From positions 1-60,365 of IMG/VR virus record IMGVR_UViG_3300050138_000232: a stretch of DNA of 60,365 nucleotides, one strand, 5' to 3'. The notes below the pieces were generated by a model. It was not told the origin of the DNA and did not search any database. It saw only the letters and a list, made by a program, of their open reading frames with translations. Positions 17,929 through 28,552 of this stretch are shown here, piece after piece. Position 1 is the first letter of the stretch; the number at the start of each line of letters is the position of its first letter. The position numbers and the translations under genes are program-made. Source of the DNA: a virus. Lineage: Duplodnaviria > Caudoviricetes.

Positions 17929-18993
17929 ATGGCTTTCCCAACAACGGTGCAGACTCCTCCAGTCTCGGGTATTCTTCCAGGTGGTGCCACGCAGGCCCAA
18001 CTTGCAGCAATCACCCGTCGTGCAGTAGTCCCTACGGTATTCTGTCAGATTTATCAGTCTCATCCGTTGCTGAGTCTGTTATTCTCTAATTCCCAACGCG
18101 CTAAAGGCGGCGTGTCGGCCATCACCATCCCGGTTCAGGGTGCTCCGTTTACCAACTTCTCATGGGGCGGTTTCGGTGGCGACTTTGCGATGCCTCAGGA
18201 TCAGGACGCGATTACCAATCTTCAGTTCAACTTGAAGCTCGGCATGGTCCCAATGGGCTTCTTCGGTATGGAGGCTTTGATTCAAGCGTCAGAAGTCATC
18301 ATTCCAAAGCTTCGTGTCGTAATGTCAGACGCGGCGGTTGTAATGAAGAAAGCGTTCGCCTCGGCTATGTACGCCAACAACGCGGCAAACCCTCTTGTTA
18401 TCGATTCGCTTGTTCAGGCTTATGACAACGGCACGCTGACCACATCTTACGGCGGTATCACACGCACCGGCAATCCCTGGATTCAAGGTCAGTATTATAC
18501 CAATATCGGCGCTCAGGCAGTAACCCGCGCCGGTATGGCAACTCTTCTCACTCAGATCTCGACCGCAGCCGGTGGCGAATCACCAGATTTCATGGTGATG
18601 AATCCTGCAAACTGGGCAGCCTTGATGACAGATTTCATGGGTTATGAGCAGTATCAGACGCGTCCGCGCTCAATGTACGGCAAAGACGACGTCGTAAACG
18701 CTGGATTCCGTGCGATCCGCGTTCTCGATACTCCCATCTTCCCGGATCCGTATTGCCCTGTCGGTCAGGCGTTTGCGATTAATTCGCGTTATCTGTCTCT
18801 GTATTTGTCGGAATACGCTCCGTTTGCCTTCTCAGGCTTCCATTCGCTGATCCCTCTCGGTCAGATCGCAGATATCGGCGTGTTGTTCTCAGCACTCGAT
18901 CTCGTTTGCGCCAAGCCTTCTTCGGGAGCCTATATCACGGGTATTTCCAACGCAGCGTGGAACGGCCCTCTCGCAACACCTGCAGTAATCTAA
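17929..18993 (+). CDS. Major capsid protein
   Basis: 354 aa, strong SD, biased codons, position after scaffold; GF..I.....PI..D..CP and YL.L C-terminal pattern. Confidence 0.85.
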   Translation: MAFPTTVQTPPVSGILPGGATQAQLAAITRRAVVPTVFCQIYQSHPLLSLLFSNSQRAKGGVSAITIPVQGAPFTNFSWGGFGGDFAMPQDQDAITNLQFNLKLGMVPMGFFGMEALIQASEVIIPKLRVVMSDAAVVMKKAFASAMYANNAANPLVIDSLVQAYDNGTLTTSYGGITRTGNPWIQGQYYTNIGAQAVTRAGMATLLTQISTAAGGESPDFMVMNPANWAALMTDFMGYEQYQTRPRSMYGKDDVVNAGFRAIRVLDTPIFPDPYCPVGQAFAINSRYLSLYLSEYAPFAFSGFHSLIPLGQIADIGVLFSALDLVCAKPSSGAYITGISNAAWNGPLATPAVI

Positions 18994-19003
18994 GGAGCTT
19001 AAT

Positions 19004-20107
19004 ATGACAAACATTTTTGGTGCATCTGGCGTATACCCAACCCCTCGCGGGCAGGCGTCCATCGCTTTCGATCTTCAGCCAGGTGCGGTACGCTTAATAC
19101 CCCCAGGCGCGTGGTTGATCGACACCGGTCCGTACACTACAACTCAAGAGTACGATCCCGTTCAGGGTCAGTGGTTGACCCCCGGTGGTGATAATGGCGG
19201 CTTCTCCGGCGGTCCGCAATATGTGAACTCAGATGGTAACAACTATCGCGTAGCAAACCTCTGCGGTTGCATTGTCGGCGCCTCAGTAACAACTGCTGGC
19301 TCAGCATATAGCGCAGCCACTCCTCCGGTTGTAACTTTCACCAACGCGACCAACGCGGCGGCTACCGCAATTGTCGGCGGAGCAGTCAGCACTTCGGTGA
19401 CAGTAACGAACGGCGGCTCAGGTTATGTATATCCTCCTGTCGTGTTCTGTGATTCGCCACCAATTGGCGCCGGTTATCAGGCTACAATGACTTGTGCGCT
19501 TACTTCGGGCGCAGTATCTTCGGTCACTGTTAACAATCAAGGCGCCGGTTATACGAACGTTCCGAACATCTACTTCTTGAATGATGCTCGTGACACGGCT
19601 GGCATTGGTGCGGCAGCAGTCGCCACGCTCACGGGCGCAGGTACTGTGACTCAGCTCATCATCACCAACCACGGCAACCCGAACACAACCTTGCAGCCTG
19701 TAATTGCTTTCTCAAGCGGCTCGGCAGCAGCGTTCCCGATCATGGTTCGTGCTATCGGCGGCGCTACGACTTCAACTGCAGGCTCCGGTTATTCAGGTCT
19801 CGTCATCCTTCAGGGATGGGGCACTGGGTTTAACGCTGCAGCAAACGTTCTCACCAATCCGCGTTGGACAACTAACCTTGTCCGTACCCGCGTCGGTACG
19901 CTATTGCTCGGTACAGCAACGTCCGGCGGTGCATTGACTGGCGGCGGCGCGTCTCTGTTCGACGGTGGCATCTATGCAGGCAGCGCTCCTTCGGCGTTGA
20001 TCCTCGGCGGCGGCCCGCTCGGTTTGATCAACACTGGTGCTATTGCAGCGGTTACGACCTTCACCTGGGCAAACCCGACTGATACGATCACGTTGCAACC
20101 TGTCTAA
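19004..20107 (+). CDS. Gly/Thr/Ala-rich virion (capsid decoration-like) protein
   Basis: Directly after MCP with strong SD; V.N.GSGY..P.V repeats. Confidence 0.7.
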   Translation: MTNIFGASGVYPTPRGQASIAFDLQPGAVRLIPPGAWLIDTGPYTTTQEYDPVQGQWLTPGGDNGGFSGGPQYVNSDGNNYRVANLCGCIVGASVTTAGSAYSAATPPVVTFTNATNAAATAIVGGAVSTSVTVTNGGSGYVYPPVVFCDSPPIGAGYQATMTCALTSGAVSSVTVNNQGAGYTNVPNIYFLNDARDTAGIGAAAVATLTGAGTVTQLIITNHGNPNTTLQPVIAFSSGSAAAFPIMVRAIGGATTSTAGSGYSGLVILQGWGTGFNAAANVLTNPRWTTNLVRTRVGTLLLGTATSGGALTGGGASLFDGGIYAGSAPSALILGGGPLGLINTGAIAAVTTFTWANPTDTITLQPV

Positions 20108-20156
20108 TATTAACTGACGAGGCTTCAGGCTTCGAGAGCCTCGATACTGAGGTTCT

Positions 20157-20960
20157 ATGGTTCAACTCGCTGATTATAAACTAGATACTCTCGCTCTCCT
20201 TCGGGATAGCGGGAGTCAGTTTACTTCCGATCAGATGCTCACGCGGTATATCAATCTCGCTCGGGTTGAGATAGCCAAGCGTTCAGCTTGTTTGCAAGCT
20301 GTAATAACTGGTCAATCCCCTTTCGGAACAACTTCCCAGCCTGGAAACGCCATCCCCGGAGCGATGGTTCCAGGCATGTTGCCGAACACAGCGGCGAGTA
20401 ACGCGAACTCAGCCGGAGCGGCGTCTACAGCTTCGAATAATTTTGTAACCATCCCCGGCGTAGAATTGTATTCGTATCAATACGCTAAGCCGTTTCTTCA
20501 GGCCCAATACTCTGGCTATGAGGCTGTTATTTATGTGTCCAACGTTAGTGTAAACTGGAGCGGGACGCGTCCGACGCTTAACTGGCTGCCTTGGAACGAT
20601 CTTCAGGCATATTGCAGGGCGTATAACCTTGGAGTAACGAGTTATCCGTGCGTATGGTCGCAGAAAGGGGTTGGACAGAGCGGTCAGATATGGTTGTTCC
20701 CCGTCCCATTCAGCTCTTCTTTTGCCGAAATGGAGTGGGAATCTATATGCACTCCTAAAGCGTTACATACGAATTCAGATTTCGAAGCGCTTCCAGATAT
20801 GTATCATGGCTGCGTGAAGTATTACGCGGCAAGACTAGCGTATTTAGGCCAACAACGTTCTGGCATGGCTACGATAATGGATGGTTTGTTTGAAGAACAG
20901 CTGTTGCTCAATGGTGTTGCTGCCGATTGGGGACACGTAGACGGGTATTATAACTCATGA
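20157..20960 (+). CDS. Head-tail adaptor (tail tubular A-like)
   Basis: L..YIN.A N-terminus, IWLFPVP, LP..YH..V.YYAA..A; position. Confidence 0.7.
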   Translation: MVQLADYKLDTLALLRDSGSQFTSDQMLTRYINLARVEIAKRSACLQAVITGQSPFGTTSQPGNAIPGAMVPGMLPNTAASNANSAGAASTASNNFVTIPGVELYSYQYAKPFLQAQYSGYEAVIYVSNVSVNWSGTRPTLNWLPWNDLQAYCRAYNLGVTSYPCVWSQKGVGQSGQIWLFPVPFSSSFAEMEWESICTPKALHTNSDFEALPDMYHGCVKYYAARLAYLGQQRSGMATIMDGLFEEQLLLNGVAADWGHVDGYYNS

Positions 20961-21148
20961 CCATGACCGGCACAGATGAAACGGCTACAGCAGTGTCTTT
21001 GGCTAAGAATTTGCTCAGTTAATGCGACGGATATGGAGAAATAACGTTTCCTAAAGCGACTTTGAAAATCGTACTGGAAGCATTTGTTGATCAATGGAAA
21101 TTTGGACAAGATAAAGCGCGAGCTGATTTTAAGAAAGTGGCTAAATGA
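20957..21148 (+). pseudogene. Small gene interrupted by one in-frame TAA (21020..21022)
   Basis: ATGA-coupled to adaptor stop; same frame stays open after the TAA to TGA 1 nt before the next ATG. Confidence 0.55.
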
Positions 21149-21149
21149 T

Positions 21150-21665
21150 ATGGATAACGAACAAGAGAAAAACATATTAGCTCAAATTGCAAGACTTCCG
21201 GGCATCACGCCTCAACAATTGCAAGCGTTGAATACTTATCAACAATTATCTGCTAATAAAAGAAGAGAAGATGAACTGAATAGTAATTTCGCTAAGAATA
21301 AATCCTACGCGAAAGAGGGAGTCTATGAGACAGAGTTGCCTGCGGACAAAGAAGAGGCTTTCTCCGCTTGGGTTGAGCAAAATAAAGTTCCGTATGATTC
21401 AAAAATGTCTGTTCAGGATTACGATATGCGTGGTTTTTGGCAGGCTTTGCAAAACAAAGACCCGAGGGCTGTTTCTGCCATAGATCCTAATGACCAGAAA
21501 ATCCATTATCCGGATTACTGGAAAACTCCGTATCACGAGACGTTCAGCAACGAGAGTCAATGGGCCACGGATAAAGCACCGAAATGGAACGATAAAGATC
21601 AATTGGTGGATTTATCCGGTAAGGTCGTTTTCGACGACAGGGCTCAGAATAAGGCATCTAAATAA
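21150..21665 (+). CDS. Hypothetical protein (YDMRGFW...HYPDYWKTPYHETFS domain)
   Basis: ORF coupled to nozzle gene by TAATG overlap. Confidence 0.7.
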   Translation: MDNEQEKNILAQIARLPGITPQQLQALNTYQQLSANKRREDELNSNFAKNKSYAKEGVYETELPADKEEAFSAWVEQNKVPYDSKMSVQDYDMRGFWQALQNKDPRAVSAIDPNDQKIHYPDYWKTPYHETFSNESQWATDKAPKWNDKDQLVDLSGKVVFDDRAQNKASK

Positions 21666-23971
21666 TGTTGGATCCGCAAATTAAAAAACAAATGGCTGAA
21701 GAGGAGAAATTCTTCGGTATAAAGCCGGGGTTTCAAGTCTTTACTCCATACCCGTTCGGCTCAATGAACCAGCAAAATTCTCGTCAAGGCGTTGATGACA
21801 AGGATTTCTTCTGGGTAGAGAATTTCATTAAGGTCGGTCAAGCCAATATTCGCACGATCTGGGATCATGGAACAGCCCTTTACACAGCGCCGGTCGGGAA
21901 AACTATTGTTTATTTTTCGTTCTTTAACATAGGGACGTTGGATCTGGTTGCTGTATTTCTGTCTGACGGCACGGCTATGGAAATAAATACTGACACTGGC
22001 GTCGAGACGATCATAACTTCGACATCTGGTTTGTTTTACGCTGGTAGCGGACAACTTCCTGTTGCAGGACAATGGGGTACTCAATATTTATTAATTGCCA
22101 ATAATATTAATTCCAACGCCTACTGGATATGGGATCGTATATCGCTTTATGGTTCTGGAGGACTTGCTCCTCAAGTAACGATGAATAATAGCGGATCGGG
22201 TTACAGTTCCCCTCCGGGCGTCACATTCTTTGGAGGTCAGGGAAGCGGCGCTACGGGAACCGCCACGGTCACAGCCGGTGTGATCACTTCCGTCCAGATA
22301 ACTAATCCAGGAAGCGGTTATAAGCCTGGAGATATAGTACAAGTTCAGTTTACCGGTGGCGGCAGTGATAATGGAGCCATATTAACTCCTGTGATGACTC
22401 CGACACCGATCGGTCATGTGAGTCTTCTGGCCGGAGGATCGAATTACACCTCCGGCGTTACGGTTGCCATCACCGGCGGAGGGGGGTCGGGAGCAACAGC
22501 AACGGCAACTCAAAGTGGCGGAATAATAAATTCGATAACTCTGACTAATGCAGGTAGCGGTTTTACCTCGATGCCGACGGTGACGTTCACCGATTCGACA
22601 GGCACAGGCGCGATAGCGCAAGTGTCTTTATTCCAAACAACGGTCGCGACGGTAACTGTGACCAACGGCGGAACGAATTTCCCATCTGTTCCAACTTTGA
22701 CTTTCGTCGGAGGAGGAGCCAGCGTCCAGGCGACCGCCACGGCAACGTTGACGACGAAAGCAATCAGTAGTGTTGCCGTGGGTGGCGGGGGAACCGCGTA
22801 TACAAGCGTTCCGGCTATTGTCGTTCAATCCGGCATTAATAACTCCGCTCAAGCAACCGCATCCCTGATGCCTTTTGGCGTAAGCGGTTCGTCAATCGAA
22901 ACATTTCAATCACGGGTATGGCTGCCTTTCCCTAATCAAGCTGGAAGTATAAGTACCGGCGGGCAGTTTCTAGTATCGGCGCCGGGATCAGTTACCGACT
23001 TCGCTCCTTCGGACGGAGGGCTTGTTTTTACTTCTACCGACTCGTTCCTTAGAGCTCAATACACCAATATTAAACAGAGCAACGGGTATCTTTATCCGAT
23101 AGGAGATAGCTCAGTCAGTGTTATATCAAACGTGCAGACGGTAGGCAGCCCGTCGGTAACGACATTCAACTACCAGAATACAGACCCTCAGACTGGTTCG
23201 TCGTGGCGGGATAGTCTAACTGCCTATTCCAGAACAATACTTTTTGCAAATCCGTTCGGCGTGTTTGGTCTTTACGGCGGAGCGGTGACGAAGATAAGCA
23301 AGAAAATGGACACTATATTTGACAACTTCGTGCCACCTTCAGCTGGAGGGGTGACTCCGACGTCAGCAGTTGCCAACATTTTTAGTATAAAAGTCTTCCT
23401 AATAAACATGACCATAACTGATCCGTTTACCAACACGACGCGAACAGTTATGTTGGCTTGGGATGAAACAGACTGGCACGTATTCAGTCAATCGATGGCG
23501 TTTACTTATATCGGAACGCAGGAAGTCAGCAGCAATCTTATTGCGTGGGGAACTGACGGCAACAGCTTATATCCGATGTTTACGACACCTTCGACTATTG
23601 AGAAGAAATTAGCGACAAAGCTGTATGGACAAGAAAAGTTCCTTGTTCAGGAAGAAGCTATGGGTGTATATTTACAAGTTCAGGATTTGTCGGCAAACGG
23701 CGCTGGAATAACGATAGCGTCTCTGTCTGTTGATGCTGAACACGGAGTGTATCCGGTTCCGAATATCCCAGCCATTCCTACACCTTCTACGCCTCCATAT
23801 TATCCGATTGTATCCATTGGTGCCGGAGATGTTATTGGCGATAATCTAGGATTAACTTTAACTTCTAATAGTTTAGATTTTACAATTTCATATCTTGGAA
23901 TCGGCTATATCGATGCAGGTAGTATCGCGATGAGTTCGACACCTATTAATGGACAGATTCTTACAGAATAG
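21665..23971 (+). CDS. Tail nozzle / tubular B (P22 gp10-like) with inserted Gly/Thr repeats
   Basis: 768 aa beta-rich protein after adaptor; ETFQSRVW and KISKKMD patterns. Confidence 0.7.
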   Translation: MLDPQIKKQMAEEEKFFGIKPGFQVFTPYPFGSMNQQNSRQGVDDKDFFWVENFIKVGQANIRTIWDHGTALYTAPVGKTIVYFSFFNIGTLDLVAVFLSDGTAMEINTDTGVETIITSTSGLFYAGSGQLPVAGQWGTQYLLIANNINSNAYWIWDRISLYGSGGLAPQVTMNNSGSGYSSPPGVTFFGGQGSGATGTATVTAGVITSVQITNPGSGYKPGDIVQVQFTGGGSDNGAILTPVMTPTPIGHVSLLAGGSNYTSGVTVAITGGGGSGATATATQSGGIINSITLTNAGSGFTSMPTVTFTDSTGTGAIAQVSLFQTTVATVTVTNGGTNFPSVPTLTFVGGGASVQATATATLTTKAISSVAVGGGGTAYTSVPAIVVQSGINNSAQATASLMPFGVSGSSIETFQSRVWLPFPNQAGSISTGGQFLVSAPGSVTDFAPSDGGLVFTSTDSFLRAQYTNIKQSNGYLYPIGDSSVSVISNVQTVGSPSVTTFNYQNTDPQTGSSWRDSLTAYSRTILFANPFGVFGLYGGAVTKISKKMDTIFDNFVPPSAGGVTPTSAVANIFSIKVFLINMTITDPFTNTTRTVMLAWDETDWHVFSQSMAFTYIGTQEVSSNLIAWGTDGNSLYPMFTTPSTIEKKLATKLYGQEKFLVQEEAMGVYLQVQDLSANGAGITIASLSVDAEHGVYPVPNIPAIPTPSTPPYYPIVSIGAGDVIGDNLGLTLTSNSLDFTISYLGIGYIDAGSIAMSSTPINGQILTE

Positions 23972-24001
23972 TTATAATATTGAAACAAAAGGAGTAATAT
24001 C

Positions 24002-24334
24002 ATGGCTAAAAAGAAAAACTATCCGATGGTCGTTGGCGCCGCAGAATATTCGTCACCTCCTCTTTCTGATAACAATCCTTCCTCAGGTCTTGTTGGTCAA
24101 CCGAACGCTTCTATAGTCGGCTATGGTTATAAGGATGGAACGAATCGCAAATGCATGCCATGTGCTGTAGCAGACGGGGAATGCAAGATTCCGGACGATG
24201 TCGTGGTCAATACCGCTAACGGTATTGCTCGCTCACGCGGCAAGAACCCCGGCGCCCAATATAATTGGGGAGATACGACTGACGGTGTCTGGAACAACAA
24301 TGATTTCGACGATACGAATATGACCGGCATGTAA
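24002..24334 (+). CDS. Hypothetical protein
   Basis: SD AAGGAG. Confidence 0.7.
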   Translation: MAKKKNYPMVVGAAEYSSPPLSDNNPSSGLVGQPNASIVGYGYKDGTNRKCMPCAVADGECKIPDDVVVNTANGIARSRGKNPGAQYNWGDTTDGVWNNNDFDDTNMTGM

Positions 24335-24666
24335 TGCTCGTAACGTTACTCAATACTCCTAAAACGTTGAAAGATTGGGAAATATGGAGTTTCGCCAACA
24401 GAGATATTCAGTTCCAAATACGGCAAGCGATACAGAGACAGAGAAACGTCAATCTTCAGGAATACCAATTATCTCCTATAAACTTCGATCGATTTCAGGA
24501 TTACCTCTATAATAACCAGCAAGGTCATAATGACTTCAATTCAGAGCTTGACCTGCAAAGCTCTGATTTAAGTTCCGTCGATATAAAAGACGAGAAACAA
24601 CTGCAGAACTGGATATATCTAGGTTATAAAGAGCTACAAAACGCTTGTCAGGTATTAAAGATTTGA
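24334..24666 (+). CDS. Hypothetical protein
   Basis: TAATG coupling. Confidence 0.7.
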   Translation: MLVTLLNTPKTLKDWEIWSFANRDIQFQIRQAIQRQRNVNLQEYQLSPINFDRFQDYLYNNQQGHNDFNSELDLQSSDLSSVDIKDEKQLQNWIYLGYKELQNACQVLKI

Positions 24667-24691
24667 CACAACTACCCCGTAGTGGTACAAA
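24663..24691 (+). promoter_or_regulatory. Promoter TTGACA-17-TACAAA with Box A (24670..24690) filling the spacer
   Basis: Consensus -35, extended -10 TG; ATG 24698 is 7 nt downstream. Confidence 0.8.
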
Positions 24692-24697
24692 GTGGGT

Positions 24698-24991
24698 ATG
24701 AAAAAATATATTTTATTGCTGTTTTTGACAAGTTGTACCCCAGTGTTCTTCACAGAACCGAGTCTGGCGACTCCTCCTTCTGATCAAGTCAAATATCACG
24801 CTGACTTAAAGGCGTGTGAGGAAGAACAAAAATCAAGCGCTGTTGAATTAATAACTGCAGGTCTCATTCCAGGCATGGTTCCTGTCTCGACCGTCATGAT
24901 AGGTGAAGGAAAAGGGGACGACATTTTCAAAAGCCGGTACACCATTCGAGATGAATGCATGGTCAAGAAAGGTTATGTTTTAGCTAAATGA
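24698..24991 (+). CDS. Lipoprotein (moron-like; possible superinfection exclusion)
   Basis: MKKYILLLFLTSC lipobox; two further Cys (DLKAC...ECM.KKGY). Confidence 0.7.
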   Translation: MKKYILLLFLTSCTPVFFTEPSLATPPSDQVKYHADLKACEEEQKSSAVELITAGLIPGMVPVSTVMIGEGKGDDIFKSRYTIRDECMVKKGYVLAK

Positions 24992-25398
24992 TCCGCCAAG
25001 TAACGACAGATGACCGCGAGTGGATACTGGATGTCTGTGAATCTGTATATTCAGGGACAGAGTTCGGTTGGAATCGTGACGACGCGGCTACGTCGTTTGA
25101 CGCTATAATTCAAAGCAATAAAACATTGTTACTACGCGGAGATAATACGTTTTTTTACGCTGCTTTAGAGCCTAACTTGTGTGATTACAGCAAACGAGCA
25201 GCGTACATGGAACTTCTTGTAGGGAAAGGCAACTCAGGAACGGAAGCCTACAGACTTGTTGAAATGGCAAAAGAATGGTGTATACTTAACAAAGTTAATA
25301 GATTAACCATATCTTCGATTACCGAGCATAATTTCGGGGAATTGATCGTAAAACGTCTCGGGGCTGTGGCCAGGGTGGTGTACGATATAAACTTATGA
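24988..25398 (+). CDS. GNAT-like protein (T7 gp13-like position)
   Basis: MIRQVT.DD start, L...AKEW, RLG; precedes ejection proteins. Confidence 0.55.
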   Translation: MIRQVTTDDREWILDVCESVYSGTEFGWNRDDAATSFDAIIQSNKTLLLRGDNTFFYAALEPNLCDYSKRAAYMELLVGKGNSGTEAYRLVEMAKEWCILNKVNRLTISSITEHNFGELIVKRLGAVARVVYDINL

Positions 25399-25408
25399 GA
25401 GTTACATC

Positions 25409-27046
25409 ATGTCAAAGGGCGGTGGGATACTAAGTGCTATCGAAAAACCCTTCCAGGATGTCGGAAAACTCATAACTGATCCCAGTCTTAAAAGCCTCGA
25501 AAACGTCGGTCATGATGTCGCAAATATAGGCGAGAATGTCTTGGCGTATCAAGTGGGAGGTCCGATCGGCGTTGGCGCCCTCAACGCCGGTAAGACCGCT
25601 ATTTCAGGCGGAGGTATTGGAGATTCCCTTAAAAGCGCAGCTCTTAGCACCGCTCTTTCTTATGGTGGCCAGCAACTCGGAAGTGCAGCTAGTAGTGAGT
25701 TCCCTGAAACCATGAATGCTATAAAAGGAGCCATCCCCGATCTTGGTATTGGCAGCACGGCATCTTCCATAGGAACCGGAATATCAGATGCGTTCAAGTC
25801 AGCAACAGACTCCCTCGGATTTACTTCCGCAACTCCAACCACAGAAGCGGGCATCGGAAGTTCGGGAACGTCAGCTGGAGGCACTCCGATTTCTACGCAA
25901 GCTGCTCCTACCGGAGGCGGAACGGGCGCTGGTGCAGCCGGAGGAGCAGCTCCTGCAGGAGTAGATATTGGCGGAACTGGCGACGTCACTTCGCAATTCA
26001 GCCAAGCTTTAGGCGGACCTCCGTCGTTAAGCTCAACAGGCGCCGGTACGTCTATGAGCCCTTCAGAATTAGCGAGTAGCTCGTTTTCTCCCGATTCAGG
26101 AGGGTCTGCGCTCGATTCTCCTGTTGGAACTTCGTCCACTACTTCGGGCGGAGCTAACGTAGGATCTCAGGATTTAAGCAATTTCGCATCCGGTAGCTCA
26201 AACCCGTCAGGATTTCAAGGTGTGACTCCGGGCGATTTAGGATCAAGCGTAGCAACACCGTCTTTTGCAACGAGTATAACCGATGCTCTCGGGTTCACAG
26301 GTGGAGCGCCGTCAGCAGCAGACATAGCGTCAAATAATGCGACTTTTGCAAGTATGAACGAAGGACTGCCTTCGAATATAAGCTCAGCTTCCGGCAACGC
26401 CGGATCGTATTTCGATAACACCGCTGGCGGTAATGCGGGCGCCGGTAGTAACTTGCCCACGGCAACTCCTACTTCAGCTTCGTCTTTAAGCGAAATAATG
26501 GGTGATCCAACTTCCCTTAAAGGATATGAAGATCTTATATCACGCAACCCCGGAGCGCTTCTAACCGGAGGTGGCTTAGCTCTCGATGCGTTAAGACAAG
26601 GCGGCGTCGTTGGTAATAATACTCCTAAAGGTCAGAAGCAGGTCGAACAGATCGCGGCGGCTGAAAACACTCAAGGCCAGCAACTCGCTGGCTATTTGCA
26701 ATCGGGAACCTTACCTCCAGGCATGCAGGCCGGTATTGATAAAATGGCCAACGACGCTAAAGCTGCGATACGCAGCCGATATGCTTCTATGGGCATGTCG
26801 AATAGTTCCTCTGAGCAGACCGAGCTTGCAGCGATCGACACGCAAGCTCAGGCTCAGGCCGCTCAGATTGCGCAACAGTTGTTGACAACTGGCATAAATG
26901 AAACCGGTCTTGCTGCAGGTCTTTATACCAACCTCATGAATTCCTCTCTTGCTCAGGATGCTGAGCTCGGTACTGCTTTCGGGAATTTTGCCTCAGCATT
27001 CAGCGGCGGATCAGGATCGAAAGCTCATTCTACAACGAGCGGTTAA
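25409..27046 (+). CDS. Internal virion / DNA ejection protein (Gly/Ser-rich)
   Basis: Low-complexity G/S/T centre, helical C-terminus with A.MG.S.SS motif; position. Confidence 0.65.
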   Translation: MSKGGGILSAIEKPFQDVGKLITDPSLKSLENVGHDVANIGENVLAYQVGGPIGVGALNAGKTAISGGGIGDSLKSAALSTALSYGGQQLGSAASSEFPETMNAIKGAIPDLGIGSTASSIGTGISDAFKSATDSLGFTSATPTTEAGIGSSGTSAGGTPISTQAAPTGGGTGAGAAGGAAPAGVDIGGTGDVTSQFSQALGGPPSLSSTGAGTSMSPSELASSSFSPDSGGSALDSPVGTSSTTSGGANVGSQDLSNFASGSSNPSGFQGVTPGDLGSSVATPSFATSITDALGFTGGAPSAADIASNNATFASMNEGLPSNISSASGNAGSYFDNTAGGNAGAGSNLPTATPTSASSLSEIMGDPTSLKGYEDLISRNPGALLTGGGLALDALRQGGVVGNNTPKGQKQVEQIAAAENTQGQQLAGYLQSGTLPPGMQAGIDKMANDAKAAIRSRYASMGMSNSSSEQTELAAIDTQAQAQAAQIAQQLLTTGINETGLAAGLYTNLMNSSLAQDAELGTAFGNFASAFSGGSGSKAHSTTSG

Positions 27047-27049
27047 TAT

Positions 27050-28552
27050 ATGGCTGATGTCGACTTATTAGCTGGCAAACCTTCAGGAACGCCTTTATCA
27101 TCTGTTGCGTCAATGGGCAGCACTGACTCCATTATACAACGTATGGAGAAGAACGACGCCGAAGAGAAAGCTCAGATAGATAAAGGTGTCGCTAAGATGG
27201 AAGCGGAACCGCGTCCGCAACCGCCTAAAATGACACCGGCTCCCGAACAGAAAGATTTCCAAACCGATCCGATGCAGACATTCGGATCTGCAGGAATGTT
27301 CCTCGCCACGTTCGGCTCCATGATGACCAAGCATCCATTGACCAACGCTCTCAATTCCGGCGCGGAAGTTATGAAAGCTGCTAACGCTAAAGACGCAAAC
27401 GCGTTTAATAAAGCGTTTGAGAAGTGGAAGATCGACACGGAAAATGCTTCCAAGATGGCGCAATGGGACATGGATCAGTACAAGACGACTCTTGGAAAAG
27501 ACGAAGCTGAGATGAAAGCCTACGCTGTAGGACATAAGAACGATACGGCCCGCGCCGCTATCGAAGCGCGTAGCGCTGATCAGTATCATAAGGATATGGT
27601 CGCGAATTTGAAGAAGTTCGATGAGTCCAAGAAAATCGTGAATGATTATATGGACGAAGGGATGAAGAAGTTTGACAAGGAGCATCCAGGCGCGTCTGAA
27701 ATGGAACGAATCGAAGCTAAAATGAACCTTTACGGTAAGGCAAAAGCCGCAGAAGGCGGATTTTATGCTAAGGAAGAATTCAAAGAGAAGGAAAAAGGAT
27801 CGGCGTCAATCTCCTTGCCGACTGCTAAATTTGCAGCGGAGCAAGTCCTCGCCGGAGATAAATCGGCGCTGTCGAACTATGGACGCGGAGAAAAGGCTAC
27901 GGCAAACCTCGCTCTCATTCACGAGCAGATTCAACAGATGGCGCAGGAACGTGGAATATCCGGAGCAGATCTTGCAAGAATTAACGCAGAGTTTGAAGGC
28001 TTCAAGTCTGAGCAGAGGATTGTCGGCAGTAGAGCTGGCGCTGTGACGTATGCTGCAGCCGAAGTAGATCAGATGATGCCGCTTGCGAAGAGCGCTGTTT
28101 CGAAGATTGATTTGAGTCGATTTCCGAACATGGCTGCGTTGGAAAATTATGCAAAGCAGCATGTCGGCGATCAGAAGTTCCAGTTCGCTTACGATACTGT
28201 TCAGGAATTACAAAACGCATTCACGAGCCTTCTTGTGAGAAACGGTGTGCGAAGTGATGCAGCTCAGAATCTGGCAGAAGGTGTTATCAACCTGAACATG
28301 GGTTCTAAGAACATCGCCGGAGCGTTCGATGCTATCGACAAGTCCAAAGACGCTATTCTCCGTGCAGCTCCAGCGGCTCGCAAAACAATTATGCGCGATC
28401 AGTTAGGGATTAAAGAGTCGGATATCGGAAAGCCCAAGCCTGTTCCAAATAAAAACGCTATTCAACATCTCATAGATAATCCTGATAAAAGAGACGAGTT
28501 TGACGAATATTATGGTCAGGGAGCTGCGGCCAATTATCTCGGAGGTCAGTGA
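27050..28552 (+). CDS. Internal virion / DNA ejection protein
   Basis: Ala/Lys helical; C-terminal L..NP....FDE.YG.GAA motif. Confidence 0.65.
   Translation: MADVDLLAGKPSGTPLSSVASMGSTDSIIQRMEKNDAEEKAQIDKGVAKMEAEPRPQPPKMTPAPEQKDFQTDPMQTFGSAGMFLATFGSMMTKHPLTNALNSGAEVMKAANAKDANAFNKAFEKWKIDTENASKMAQWDMDQYKTTLGKDEAEMKAYAVGHKNDTARAAIEARSADQYHKDMVANLKKFDESKKIVNDYMDEGMKKFDKEHPGASEMERIEAKMNLYGKAKAAEGGFYAKEEFKEKEKGSASISLPTAKFAAEQVLAGDKSALSNYGRGEKATANLALIHEQIQQMAQERGISGADLARINAEFEGFKSEQRIVGSRAGAVTYAAAEVDQMMPLAKSAVSKIDLSRFPNMAALENYAKQHVGDQKFQFAYDTVQELQNAFTSLLVRNGVRSDAAQNLAEGVINLNMGSKNIAGAFDAIDKSKDAILRAAPAARKTIMRDQLGIKESDIGKPKPVPNKNAIQHLIDNPDKRDEFDEYYGQGAAANYLGGQ

Noticed and set aside
20118-20143. Intrinsic terminator after the capsid decoration gene
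   Set aside because: Hairpin CGAGGCT/AGCCTCG is present but has no U-tract; may be a stability or processing stem, so not called
21020-21022. Stop-codon reassignment
   Set aside because: TAA, TAG and TGA all terminate clear genes elsewhere; long genes are uninterrupted in code 11
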